A DNA stretch of 64,000 nucleotides from Candidatus Latescibacterota bacterium (lineage in GTDB: Bacteria > Latescibacterota > UBA2968 > UBA8231): positions 928,001 through 992,000 of the forward strand of contig CBDCXV010000011.1 of assembly GCA_965223905.1 (NCBI GenBank), written 5' to 3'. Positions 9,349-19,046 of the stretch are shown one piece after another. Below the pieces are notes generated by a model. That model was not told where the DNA came from. It searched no databases and saw nothing but the letters and a program-made list of their open reading frames with translations. Position 1 is the stretch's first letter. Every line of letters begins with the position of its first letter. A program made the position numbers and the translations under genes.

Positions 9349-11073
9349 TCAAGGTGCTATGGGCTCGACCAAGAAAAGTACCTGGTTGGCGCGCACGTTC
9401 TCGAGCACCTGCACCCTGCCAGAGGGCCAGCGCACCTCCAGGCGCTCCACCTTGTCGTTGATTCCCATTCCGAAAAATGGCGCCTTCTGGCTGGTAGATA
9501 GGAATCCCGATCCCGATTTGACTTGGCGGAAGAGTCGCAAAGCGCCTGCCCGCAGGTAGATCTTGGCCCCGATGCCGTCCCGATTGCTCTCCCTGCCCTC
9601 CAGTTCGACCTGCAGCCAGTTGTTGGCGTTGCCGCCGTCGTTGCGCAGCACCGCCGTCGGTCCTCCCGAATTCACCAGCACGATATCCAAATCGCCATCC
9701 CCATCACCATCACCGAAGGCCGTCCCCCTTCCCACGTAATTCACCCTCAACCCCGGTCCCAGATCCCTGGTGCGTTCCACGTAGCGGCCACCGCCTTCGT
9801 TGTGGAAAATCTGAGCTTGCTGGGCATAGGTTGCCAATTCGTCGTAGTCCTCAATATTGTCGTGCACATGGCCGTTGGCGACGAAGAGATCCAACCAGCC
9901 ATCGTTGTCGTAGTCGAAAAAACCTGTCCCGAATCCCAGGTAGTTGAGGCTGGTCTCGCCCAGGCCGGCCTGGAAACTCACCTCGGTAAAATAGAGTCCG
10001 TCGTTGCGGTAAAGCGCGTTGTTTTCGAGCTGGTAATTGGTGACGAAGAGATCTAGATCGCCGTCGTTGTCCAAGTCGCCAGCATCCACGCCCATGCCCG
10101 CCTGGGCAGCCCCGTTGGCACTGAGGGCGGTACCCGAGCTCAGACCGATTTCCTCGAAGCTTCCGTCGCCCTGGTTTTCGTAGAAGAAATTGGGTGTCTT
10201 GTCGTTGGCAATGTAGAGATCTTGGTCGCCGTCTTCGTCCAGATCGGCGGCGACCAGCCCCAGGCCGTTGCCGGCGCGCACGATCCCGGCCGCCTCGCCC
10301 ACTTCTGCGAAACTCCCATCCCCGTTGTTGCGGTAGAGAAGATCGCGGGTAGGCGAGTACTTGAGAGGATCGCAGTAGAAGCGAAGGTCCATGTCTCGAC
10401 AGCCGCACCAAGGATGTTGGGTTTCGATGTCGAATTCAACATAGTTGGCCACACAAAGATCCAAATCGCCATCGTTGTCGTAGTCCACGAAGGCTGCACT
10501 GCTGCCCCACAGTGGGTTCCCAAGGCCCGCCTCTGCCGTCACATCCGCGAAGTACCCTCCGTCGTTGCGGTAGAGGACATCCTCGCCCAAGTTGGTCAGG
10601 TAGAGGTCAGTGTCTCCGTCGTTGTCGTAATCTGCCGCTGCTACCCCCATTCCGTAGGCTCGGCCAGGGACATTGGCTACTGCCGTCACATCGACAAACC
10701 GGGCTCCATCATTGCGGTAGAGCCGGTTCAGAGCATCCCCCCTACCCTTTGTCACATGGCCGCTGTTCACCAGGTAAAGGTCGAGATCGCCATCCCCATC
10801 ATAGTCGAAAAATGCCGTCCCCGAACCCGTGGTTTCGGGAAGCATCTTCGCGCTGCTCATACCGTTCTGTTGGACAAAATGGATGCCCCACTCCACTGTC
10901 ACATCCACGAACTGCACTTCGCTTCCTCGGGCTTGTCCGTCCCGGTACAGGCACATGGCCAGACACGCGAGTACCAATCTGCAAATGAACAAACCAATTC
11001 CCCTGTAGGGTTGGTAGCCAGACTGCGCTGCGGTAGAATTGTTCGCGCTCGCTGTGCCCGGCGGGTTTTGCAA
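9349..11073 (-). CDS. CRTAC1 family protein (FG-GAP/VCBS repeats + ASPIC/UnbV); start uncertain
   Basis: Repeated DYDNDGDxDLY motifs; NRDGIGA and FGMG...LEVRWPSG C-terminal domain. Confidence 0.92.
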   Translation of the reverse strand: MQNPPGTASANNSTAAQSGYQPYRGIGLFICRLVLACLAMCLYRDGQARGSEVQFVDVTVEWGIHFVQQNGMSSAKMLPETTGSGTAFFDYDGDGDLDLYLVNSGHVTKGRGDALNRLYRNDGARFVDVTAVANVPGRAYGMGVAAADYDNDGDTDLYLTNLGEDVLYRNDGGYFADVTAEAGLGNPLWGSSAAFVDYDNDGDLDLCVANYVEFDIETQHPWCGCRDMDLRFYCDPLKYSPTRDLLYRNNGDGSFAEVGEAAGIVRAGNGLGLVAADLDEDGDQDLYIANDKTPNFFYENQGDGSFEEIGLSSGTALSANGAAQAGMGVDAGDLDNDGDLDLFVTNYQLENNALYRNDGLYFTEVSFQAGLGETSLNYLGFGTGFFDYDNDGWLDLFVANGHVHDNIEDYDELATYAQQAQIFHNEGGGRYVERTRDLGPGLRVNYVGRGTAFGDGDGDGDLDIVLVNSGGPTAVLRNDGGNANNWLQVELEGRESNRDGIGAKIYLRAGALRLFRQVKSGSGFLSTSQKAPFFGMGINDKVERLEVRWPSGRVQVLENVRANQVLFLVEPIAP

Positions 11074-11351
11074 CCTCGAGCGAACGTCGATTTGTTGCGT
11101 AACTCGCTGAGCGATCAGCAGGTAAAATCACAAGCCTCCATCCGAAGCAAAGGATATCTCCGGGAGGCATTGAGATTTTAGGCTGCTCTAAGCTCCTTCA
11201 TGCTTTAGCCGGTTACTGCGTGTGGATGTCTTTTATTCTTATTTTTTTCTGTCTATATAATTATACCACATTTTTAGCGAAATCGCGCTTTGCGCAGTAT
11301 CGATGTAACCTCCCTCTTTCGTACAAAATGACCAAGGAAAGGAGCAGTTGG

Positions 11352-11538
11352 ATGAGTGAATTAACAACAGTTCAAGGTTGGCGACGTAGTGCAACTCCGC
11401 AGTGGCGGACCGCATATGACAGTTGTCGAGATTGTGTCAGACGGACGAATTGTCGTCACTTGGTTCAGTAGATCAAATCAGAAGAATGGTGAGTTTAGTC
11501 CCGATACGTTGGGGCTGGTGGAAGACGAAGGATTGTGA
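11352..11538 (+). pseudogene. DUF2158 (YodC-like) small protein, frameshifted near the start
   Basis: FKVGDVVQLRSGGPHMTVVEI...VTWF...F motif from 11371; RBS AAGGAG upstream; ATG is one base out of frame. Confidence 0.7.
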
Positions 11539-11624
11539 TCGTGCCGGAGCATAAAAAAACTTTCCGAGCCACCCCCTAACGACCGATCCGACTCCGGCTG
11601 CGGGACGAAGAAAAGGATTACAGC

Positions 11625-11775
11625 ATGAACCCAGGAGATCTCGTCAGACATCGAGATGGTGGCCCTAATATGGAGTTGTCGTTTCAGTCTCCGGCGAGAT
11701 TGAAACCGCAGAAGGAATCCACGTATTACCAGTGACTGAATTCAAAATGGAAATGTTGGAGACTGTTCAGGGATG
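11625..11775 (+). pseudogene. Second degenerate DUF2158-like small protein
   Basis: MNPGDLVRHRDGGPNM, then frameshift to VVSVSGEIE...EFKMEMLETVQG. Confidence 0.5.
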
Positions 11776-12394
11776 AAGTTTTCGCCTGCGTAGTTATCGA
11801 TATAATTCCCCTTCCTAAGGGTGGTTATGATTGAGGCATCGCTTTGAGCGGAATGACCCGCAAATTGAGGATGAACTGAGCTGCGGGTGGTCACCGCAGA
11901 AGCAAGCGAGCCCATGACATGAACCATTCAGAATATTGCCAGCCGGCCGGCGGGTCAAGAAAAACAGAAAAAGGGGGCATCTTGCCCCTATTTCAAGCCG
12001 GATTGCATGCACTAGAACTGCCGACAACCGGCGGTCGGACGCTCGACCATCCGGCCCAGACAACTGGGGAACCCTGGCCAATGGGACCCATTGTGTTGAT
12101 GAACAACGGTTCCTATTTTCCCCTTTGCTCTCGGGTTAGGAGACGGTCGACTTTTTGGCTGTCTGACAGACTCCGCCGACCCTGTCATCAGGAGTAGTTC
12201 CCATGAGTTCTTCTTTGCGGTTTGCCGCTCCTACCTCCAGTCTCGCGTGCCGATCACCACACATACGCGGACGCTCCAGATGGACATCAACGTCATTCTC
12301 TATGCTTTCACCCAGGAAGGCTCAATGACGCAGCGCTTGATGCAGATGGTAAACTGAAACCGGCGCATCGGTTGGCTCGGTGCTGTGCGTCCCG

Positions 12395-13225
12395 ATGCAT
12401 ATTTCGCCCATAGTTGCATCGTCCCTTTCCATCCTCGTTCTGACCTGTTGCGGCGAGCGCCGCGCTCAGGTTCACGTCAGTCGCCTCTCCGACCCCAGCC
12501 GGGAAGCGCGGATGCAGGCCAGCCGGGAACTGGTCGAAATGGGTCCTGCCGCCGTTGAACCTCTCATCGCCGGGGCCGCCGCGTCGGGCTCTGACAGCTT
12601 GGAATACATCAGTGCCCAGATCCTTGGGCGCATCGGCAGTCGCCGCGCAATCCCCTTCCTTCGGCAGTTGACAGGTCGAGGCAATCCTTTCGTGCGGAGG
12701 GAAGCAGTAACCGCACTGGGACAGACAGGTGACGGTGGACTGATTCCCCTGTTGTCGAACATTCTCCAAAGCGACCCCGAAACCGAGGTGCGCGCCTCCG
12801 CCGCGAAAAGCCTGGGCAATTTCCGCGATACTACTGCAGTGCAACCTCTGGTCCGTGCCTTGCGGGATACCTCGGCCGAGGTGCGTCGACATGCCTTGGC
12901 TTCTCTCCATTACCTCTGGACTGCGGATGCGGAGCGGGCGGCGATTGATTGCCTACAGGACCCGGATGAAACCGTGCGCTTCATCGCCGCACAGATGATG
13001 GGAACCCACCGCACGGGCAAGGCGCGCGATGCCTTGTGCATCGCCCTGCACGATACCAGTCTCTGGGTGCGTACCGAGGCGGCTCGTTCCCTGGGATTAC
13101 TTGGCGACAGCACGACGGTGGAAAACCTTGAAGCTCTCCTCAGGCTCGAGGGAGGGCCCGACCACGACGCCGCCCTCCAGGCCCTGAGGGTCATTACAGG
13201 GATGGACTACGTCCTTGTTGAATGA
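12395..13225 (+). CDS. HEAT-repeat (PBS lyase-like) lipoprotein
   Basis: Repeated VRxxAAxxLG motifs; N-terminal LVLTCC lipobox-like sequence. Confidence 0.88.
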   Translation: MHISPIVASSLSILVLTCCGERRAQVHVSRLSDPSREARMQASRELVEMGPAAVEPLIAGAAASGSDSLEYISAQILGRIGSRRAIPFLRQLTGRGNPFVRREAVTALGQTGDGGLIPLLSNILQSDPETEVRASAAKSLGNFRDTTAVQPLVRALRDTSAEVRRHALASLHYLWTADAERAAIDCLQDPDETVRFIAAQMMGTHRTGKARDALCIALHDTSLWVRTEAARSLGLLGDSTTVENLEALLRLEGGPDHDAALQALRVITGMDYVLVE

Positions 13226-13700
13226 CTTGCAGCGCTGGAAAGCCTTCCCCTACGCGGGATTGATACTCCTGTTCTGGGGCTGCCAGGACTTCATCCACGC
13301 GCAGCCCCGAATCCGGAGGGTTGGAATCGCAATTACCGACCAAGTAGAGCGGAGGGGGCTGCCTCCCCACTTGAACGAGTTGCACGACAAGGCCCTCCGC
13401 CACCTGTACGACGGGGTGCGGGATCATTTAAACGGATTGGGGCGCTTCCAGACCGTCGCCTGGAACGCCGTCGGCGAGCGCCGGAAATACAGATACGTCG
13501 GCCCCGGCCAAGTCGATTTCGTAGCCCACGCCACGATCTACAAACTTGAAAAGATCTACCGCAACGAGACGCTGTACAATAATCCGGGCTACCCCGTCAA
13601 TTTCAAACAAGATGGAGATAAACCCTACGAGATTATCTCCAGGCCGGCCGTCACTTCGAGACTCAAACTGGCCCTGATTGAGCAGAACAAGGGCAAGGTT

Positions 13701-13850
13701 GACTCCTTCGTATAAACCCCATTTTGAGGATGTTCAGCGATTCAGCACATTAGAGCGCCACTATATATTGGCCAACTAAGACAAAGCATACACTATATGT
13801 TGTATGACAAACGGGCATTCTGAGCGACGTAGGGTTTTTACGAGAGAATC
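13701..13850. mobile_element. 150-bp non-autonomous MITE
   Basis: TIR GACTCCTTCGTATAAACCC vs reverse complement GATTCTCTCGTAAAAACCC; 6-bp TSD AAGGTT (13695-13700 / 13851-13856); AT-rich interior; interrupts an ORF. Confidence 0.85.
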
Positions 13851-13987
13851 AAGGTTATTTGGTCCGCCATGCGCGACAGCACAGTCCTCGTCCCCCACGA
13901 CCCCTATATCTACCTGTACAATCCGAAAAAATATCCGGGTCTGTCCCACCCCGCGCTGATCCGCACTCACCTGTCCAGAATCATCCG

Positions 13988-15393
13988 GAGCTACCTTCAA
14001 TAGGTGTGGAAAAAGAGAAAAGGCGACCCTAACCTTCCATTATACAGTTCCAACCAAAACCGCCCGGTAGCCTCCGGGCACGGAAGGAGAGAGTCGCCAT
14101 GAGAGAATCTACGCTGGAATCTGTAGCCCCGGCCATGCCCACGTTCGCCACGTTGGAAAACTGGGCCCGATCCTCGATCCAGGATCTGTTGCAACGGGTT
14201 CTGGAGGAGGAGGTGACGGAGTTTCTGGGGCGGACGCGCTACCAGCGACGGTCCGCCGTAGACGGCACCCCCGGCTCCCGCAACGGACACGGCAAACCGC
14301 GACAGGTGTCGTTGATGTCGGGCACCATCGAGGTGAGACGGCCGCGCGTTCGGGGATTGGAAGAGCGCTTTGAGAGTCGTATTCTGCCGCTGTTCATGCG
14401 CCGTACCCACGAGGTGACCCGGATGTTGCCCGAGCTCTACCTGCACGGGCTGTCTCAGGGTGACTTCGAACTGGCTTTGCGGGGGCTTTTGGGCAACGGC
14501 GCTCCCCTGTCGGCTTCGTCCATTGGCCGGCTGCGGGCGCAGTGGGAGGAGGAGCTGGAGACTTGGCGAGAGCGACGTCTCGACGACCGCGAACTGGTGT
14601 ATGCGTGGGCGGATGGCATCTACGTCAAGGCCGGGTTGGAGAAGGACAAGGCGGCCCTGCTGGTCGTCATCGGCGCCATGAGTGATGGCCGGAAAGAGGT
14701 ACTGGCCGTGTGGCCCGGCCACCGCGAGTCGACGGAGTCCTGGCTGAAGGTCCTGCGCGACCTGCGCGATCGGGGTCTGCGGGCCCCGCTGCTGTTGATG
14801 GCCGACGGGGGCCTCCCAATTTGGAGCGCCACCGAACAGGTGTGGCCGCAGGCATCGCACCAGCGCTGCTGGAATCACAAGATCCTCAACGTGCTCGATG
14901 ACCTGCCGAAGCGGGTTCAGGGAAAGGCTCGGGCGTTGCTGACGCAGATCCCTTCGGCCGAGACGCGCCAGGAGGCCGAGAAACGACGTACCACGTTTGC
15001 CCGCCGCTACCGCGACCGGTATCCGCAGGCGGTAGCCACCCTCGAACGCGACTGGGAGCGCATGGTCACCTTCTACGACTTTCCCAAGGAGCACTGGAAA
15101 CACCTGCGCACAACCAATCCGGTCGAGAGCCCCTTTGCTTCGGTACGCTTGAGGACTAATGCCGGAAAACGCTACAAACGCGTCCAGGGAGCGACCGCTC
15201 TGATTTGGCGTGTGTTGATGGTGGCAGAAAAACGCTTTCGAAAACTCAATGCGCCCGAATTACTGCCCCTCGTCTACGCCGGACAACAATACCAGGATGG
15301 GAAACCCATCAAGAACGAAAAGACATCCACCAAGAGAAGGTTGAAGCGGGCCGCCTGATCTCATTTAATTTACACACCTCTTGACGTGACCTC
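13988..15393 (+). mobile_element. IS256-family insertion sequence (1406 bp)
   Basis: Imperfect 25-bp TIRs (GAGCTACCTTCAATAGGTGTGGAAA / GAGGTCACGTCAAGAGGTGTGTAAA) and 8-bp TSD ATCATCCG (13980-13987 / 15394-15401). Confidence 0.93.
14099..15358 (+). CDS. IS256 family transposase
   Basis: RNGHGKPR, LYLHGLS, WADGIY, ADGG, QRCWNHK, LRTTNPVES motifs; intact ORF. Confidence 0.95.
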   Translation: MRESTLESVAPAMPTFATLENWARSSIQDLLQRVLEEEVTEFLGRTRYQRRSAVDGTPGSRNGHGKPRQVSLMSGTIEVRRPRVRGLEERFESRILPLFMRRTHEVTRMLPELYLHGLSQGDFELALRGLLGNGAPLSASSIGRLRAQWEEELETWRERRLDDRELVYAWADGIYVKAGLEKDKAALLVVIGAMSDGRKEVLAVWPGHRESTESWLKVLRDLRDRGLRAPLLLMADGGLPIWSATEQVWPQASHQRCWNHKILNVLDDLPKRVQGKARALLTQIPSAETRQEAEKRRTTFARRYRDRYPQAVATLERDWERMVTFYDFPKEHWKHLRTTNPVESPFASVRLRTNAGKRYKRVQGATALIWRVLMVAEKRFRKLNAPELLPLVYAGQQYQDGKPIKNEKTSTKRRLKRAA

Positions 15394-15899
15394 ATCATCC
15401 GCCTGCAGAACGTCAACACTTCGGTGGAGCGGAGCATGGCTCAGTCCGGCCGCTGGTTCGTTTCGTCTCCCCAAAAGGATATAGACGCTTCCCAGGAGCT
15501 TCTCGCTGCCCTTCTTGCTTCGTTCCGCGCGGACCTGACGGAAACCTGCCGCTCGAAGGCCGCATCGAGTCGATTCTCCCACTGGACACAAAGGGAAGGA
15601 CCCAGGTCTTGCTGAATATTGGAGCCCTGGACGGACTATTCCCCCGGTTGCGGCTGGAAATATGGCGTCCCGAGCCATCGGACCAGAAAATCGGACAGGT
15701 CGAGATCGTCGAGGTGGATTCCAGTTTAGCCGTGGCAATGGTGCGCAAAATCGAAAAGAAGCTCCGCAAACGCGGCGAGGGCCCAAATCCAGGTGACCGG
15801 GTTATCTCCAGGAAACGTCCCTCCCTGCTTTATTGAACCTGTGGCGAAAAGCGACTTCCCTTTTTGCCTGTCCTGGCTGCGTGGCAGGGAACAGGAAAA

Positions 15900-16072
15900 C
15901 CATTCGAGCCAGTTCCTTCTTCACCTTGCCCTGGTCTGGACTCTTCTGAACCTTCAGCCGGTACCCGGGGCAAACAAGCTGGGAGCGGAGGTTCCTTCGT
16001 CGTTGCCTCAGTTCACGGATCAGACGACGGCTTCGGGAATCGACTTCCACCACGTTTCCGGAGGACTCGAAA
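15900..16072 (+). pseudogene. N-terminal fragment of a CRTAC1-family protein
   Basis: Hydrophobic leader then PQFTDQTTASGIDFHHVSGGLE, matching the N-termini of the two other CRTAC1 genes here; ends abruptly. Confidence 0.6.
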
Positions 16073-16759
16073 ATAGCCTTTTTCTGGCTCTTCCACACGG
16101 TTCCCTGGGACCCGAACATCCGGCGTTTCCAGGGAGGCCACGTCGACTGCCAGCTCGCCTACAGCCTCAACGGATGGCACTGGCACCGCGGCTTGCGAGA
16201 TCCCTTCATCCCCAACGGTCCCCCCGGCGAGCCGGACTCCGGCTGCGTGTACCCCGGCTCGATCGCCGCAATGGCGGACGGCTCTCTGCGGATCTACGCC
16301 TCGGCCTGCACCCACGAGCACGGCGTCCCGCCTGCCGGCTCCGGCTCGATCACGGTGTACCGCCTGCGTAGAGACGGGTTCTGTTTCCTCGAGAGCGGCG
16401 GCGGTCCCGGGCTGGTCGGAATTCGCCCTGTCTACTGGAACAGCGGCGAAGTCGAGCTCAACGTGGCCAGCCAGGGGGGCCGGGTGCGCGCGCGGGTAAC
16501 CGACCCGATGGGGGCGCCGCTGGAGGGGTACGGCTTCGAGGACTGCCAGCCGTTCTCCGGCGACGACACCGCCTGGACCCCGGCCTGGAAAGACGGCAGA
16601 AAATTGTCGGCTTTGAGCGAACGCTTTCTGCGCCTCGAGATCGAGCTCGACAGCGCCCGCCTGTACGCGATCCGTGGAGACTACGTGAAAACCATGCCGC
16701 GAGACATCGCGCGGCACCGGGAGTACGGCGACATCCTCCAAGCCCGGATCGGCTGGTAG
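16073..16759 (+). pseudogene. C-terminal part of a beta-propeller glycoside-hydrolase-like protein (N-terminus missing)
   Basis: Open frame IAFFWLFHTVPW...QLAYSLNGWHW...LRRDGF...LEGYGFEDCQPFSGD...ARLYAI with no start. Confidence 0.65.
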
Positions 16760-16906
16760 CCCGCTCGCCGATCGCGCAGGGGGACCTCCAAACGACCTCG
16801 GGGTCGACCCTCTCTGCCGTACGCGTGCAGTGCGCGCCGCCGGGGCGGCTGAGCGATCCGGCAGCAGCTGACCCCCGATTCGCGGCGCGGCGTCCGCACG
16901 GGAAGG

Positions 16907-17951
16907 TCAGTCCCAGGTGAAAAGGACCTTGCCGCACTTGCCGCTGTCGAACAGCTCGAAAGCCTCGATCGCCTGGTCTATGCGAAACCGGTGGGTGACG
17001 AGTCGTTCCAGCGGCAGCTCTTTCTCCAGCACGAAATCGACTACCTCCTCGTACAAGCCGATGTTGTAGAGCCACGAGCCGGTCAACGTCAGCTGCTTCA
17101 TGATCATGCCCTGGAATGTCTCCACCCGGAATGTCTCACCCACGCCGACGATCGCCAGGCGCGCGTATTTTCCGGCGCACGCCATCATTGCTTCCTGCGC
17201 CTTGGAGTGACCGGAATAGTCGGCGCCGGCGCTGATTCCCTTGCCGTTGGTGAGATCCAGCGTCACCTCCGCCGGGTCGCTGTTTGAAGCGTCGATGACC
17301 TTCCACGCCCCCAACCGGCGCGCCAACTCGAGACGCTCCGGAACCAGGTCGACCCCGATCACGCGCGCGCCGCGCGCCGCGGCGAACGCAACCGCGCAAA
17401 GGCCGACCGGGCCGAGGCCGAAAATCGCCATCGTGTCCTCTCCGGACGCCTCCACCCTCTCGATCGACTGGTAGGCCGTGCTCCCGACACAGGCGAGCAC
17501 TGCGGCATTCTCGAAACCGAGAGCGTCGTGCAGGGAGAGGCAGTTCCGCTCCGGAGCGATCACGCAGTCCGCGGCCGAACCGTCGTACCTCGTTCCGTAG
17601 CTGCCGCGCTGAGGGCAGAACATGATGTCGCCCAGACGACAGAAGCGGCAGGTTCCGCAGCCGACGTGCGGGTAGACCGAAACCCGGTCGCCCGGCTGGA
17701 CTGCCCTCACTCCCGCTCCGATCTCCTCTAACGATGCCGCAGGGTTCATGCCCCGTTATCGTATCTGGAGATCCCCCGAGCATCTCCCGGAAGGCCACCA
17801 GGTCTGCCCAGCTCTTGCGGTAAAAGTGCATGTCCGTGCCGCAAATCGAGGAGGTCTTCATGCGCACCCGCACCTCTCCAGGGCCGGGGTCCGGGGTGGG
17901 AAACTCCCTGATTTCGGCTTTTCGATCTCCAGTGAATACCACCCCTTTCAC
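16907..17951 (-). CDS. Zinc-binding alcohol dehydrogenase (MDR family), frameshift near 17730
   Basis: ICGTD and GHEPCG in one frame; GCGTCRFC...C and GLGPVG in the next. Confidence 0.88.
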
Positions 17952-17963
17952 AGTGTCCTCCTC

Positions 17964-18023
17964 TTGTTAGTTAGGTAGAACTTTTTGTTAGTTAGGTAGA
18001 ACTTTTTAGTTAGGTAGAACTTT
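17964..18023. repeat. AT-rich tandem repeat, 3 copies of (TTG)TTAGTTAGGTAGAACTTT
   Basis: Copies at 17964-17984, 17985-18005 and 18006-18023, directly upstream of the ADH RBS. Confidence 0.9.
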
Positions 18024-18195
18024 GGTCCCGATCGGTACAGCTCGACTTCGCCTTCGACAGCCATCCGACAGATCCCGTCGAAACAAGCGGACCTTCAGGC
18101 GAGCCCAGGTAGCGGGCGGCCGGACTTGCTCACAGAACCGGTTTGCCGCGGCCTATGCAGGCACCATCGGTTGCGTTCCATGTCCGTTGAGGTGG

Positions 18196-18984
18196 TCATA
18201 CAGCCGCTACCCTCTTTTCGAGCGCTGCCAGGCCATCGACCATCCGCCTGATTCGCGGGCTCCTGCTTTCCAGCAGGGCTCGATGAGGGTGAAAGATACC
18301 TGGAGACTGTTTCAGCTCTTTCAGCTCGGCCTCGGTCCGGGGTCGCCCGGCGAACTTCAAAACGATGGTTCTCCGCCTCCCCACCTTGCCGTACACGGAG
18401 TGAAATATCCAGGGGTTCACGATCGCGATGTCGCCGGGAGCCGTCTCTACGGCGCACCCGGGTATGTCCTGGCCCTGCAGCCCGAAAAAGAGGGGGTGTT
18501 CCTTTGTATGCTCTTCTTGGAAAGGCAGGAGGATGTCGAACAGGGGCGACCGGTGCGACCCCGGGATAACGCGAAGTGCACCTTCCTCCCGGGTCAGCGG
18601 GTCGAGGTAGAGCATGATCTTCAACCGCCGGGAGGTCAGCTTCACCCTCGATTTATCCCCGTCGGTATGCCAGTGGTGGACCGGTCCGTTCCGGTCTACG
18701 CCGCGCATACCTTCAGAACCGACCCACAGAAAGCGATCTCCGATCAGGTCGCAGGCCGCCTCGTGGATGCGCTCGTCATCGATCAGCCCCATCAACTGCT
18801 GGCTGCGTTCGACAAACCCGGCTTCCCATATCACTTCATCCTCCTGCGGTTCGCGCCCGAGAACCCGACGATACAGCCTCTCGGTCTCAGCGATGAGCTC
18901 CCCGGTTTCGGCGTTGGAGAAGGCGCCGCGCAGGATCAACAGGCCGAACGCCTGGAAATGGCTGATTTGCTGATCTGTCAACAT
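18196..18984 (-). CDS. Phytanoyl-CoA dioxygenase (PhyH) family protein
   Basis: MLTDQQISHF..G, WHTD, GALRVIPGSH, distal H (FHSV). Confidence 0.9.
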   Translation of the reverse strand: MLTDQQISHFQAFGLLILRGAFSNAETGELIAETERLYRRVLGREPQEDEVIWEAGFVERSQQLMGLIDDERIHEAACDLIGDRFLWVGSEGMRGVDRNGPVHHWHTDGDKSRVKLTSRRLKIMLYLDPLTREEGALRVIPGSHRSPLFDILLPFQEEHTKEHPLFFGLQGQDIPGCAVETAPGDIAIVNPWIFHSVYGKVGRRRTIVLKFAGRPRTEAELKELKQSPGIFHPHRALLESRSPRIRRMVDGLAALEKRVAAV

Positions 18985-19046
18985 CGGATATTCCGGTCTC
19001 CTCGGAGCCGCCGAAGATGGGCAGAAATGTGCCGGGGTTGGCAGCT

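Larger units (their letters stand above)
13215..15836 (+). pseudogene. Putative lipoprotein with FlgT_C-like C-terminal domain, interrupted by a MITE and an IS256
   Basis: Removing both elements and one TSD each restores NKGKV|IWSAMRD...HLSRII|RLQNVNTSVERS; further frameshift near 15535; C-terminus LLNIGALDGL...KIGQVEIVEVDSSLAVA...PGDRV. Confidence 0.7.

Noticed and set aside
11780-12300. Long intergenic region with small hairpins (e.g. CTGCGG...CCGCAG) as riboswitch or ncRNA
   Set aside because: No conserved motif recognisable by eye; would need an Rfam/Infernal scan
17964-18023. Direct repeats as a CRISPR array
   Set aside because: No spacers between the repeats and no cas genes
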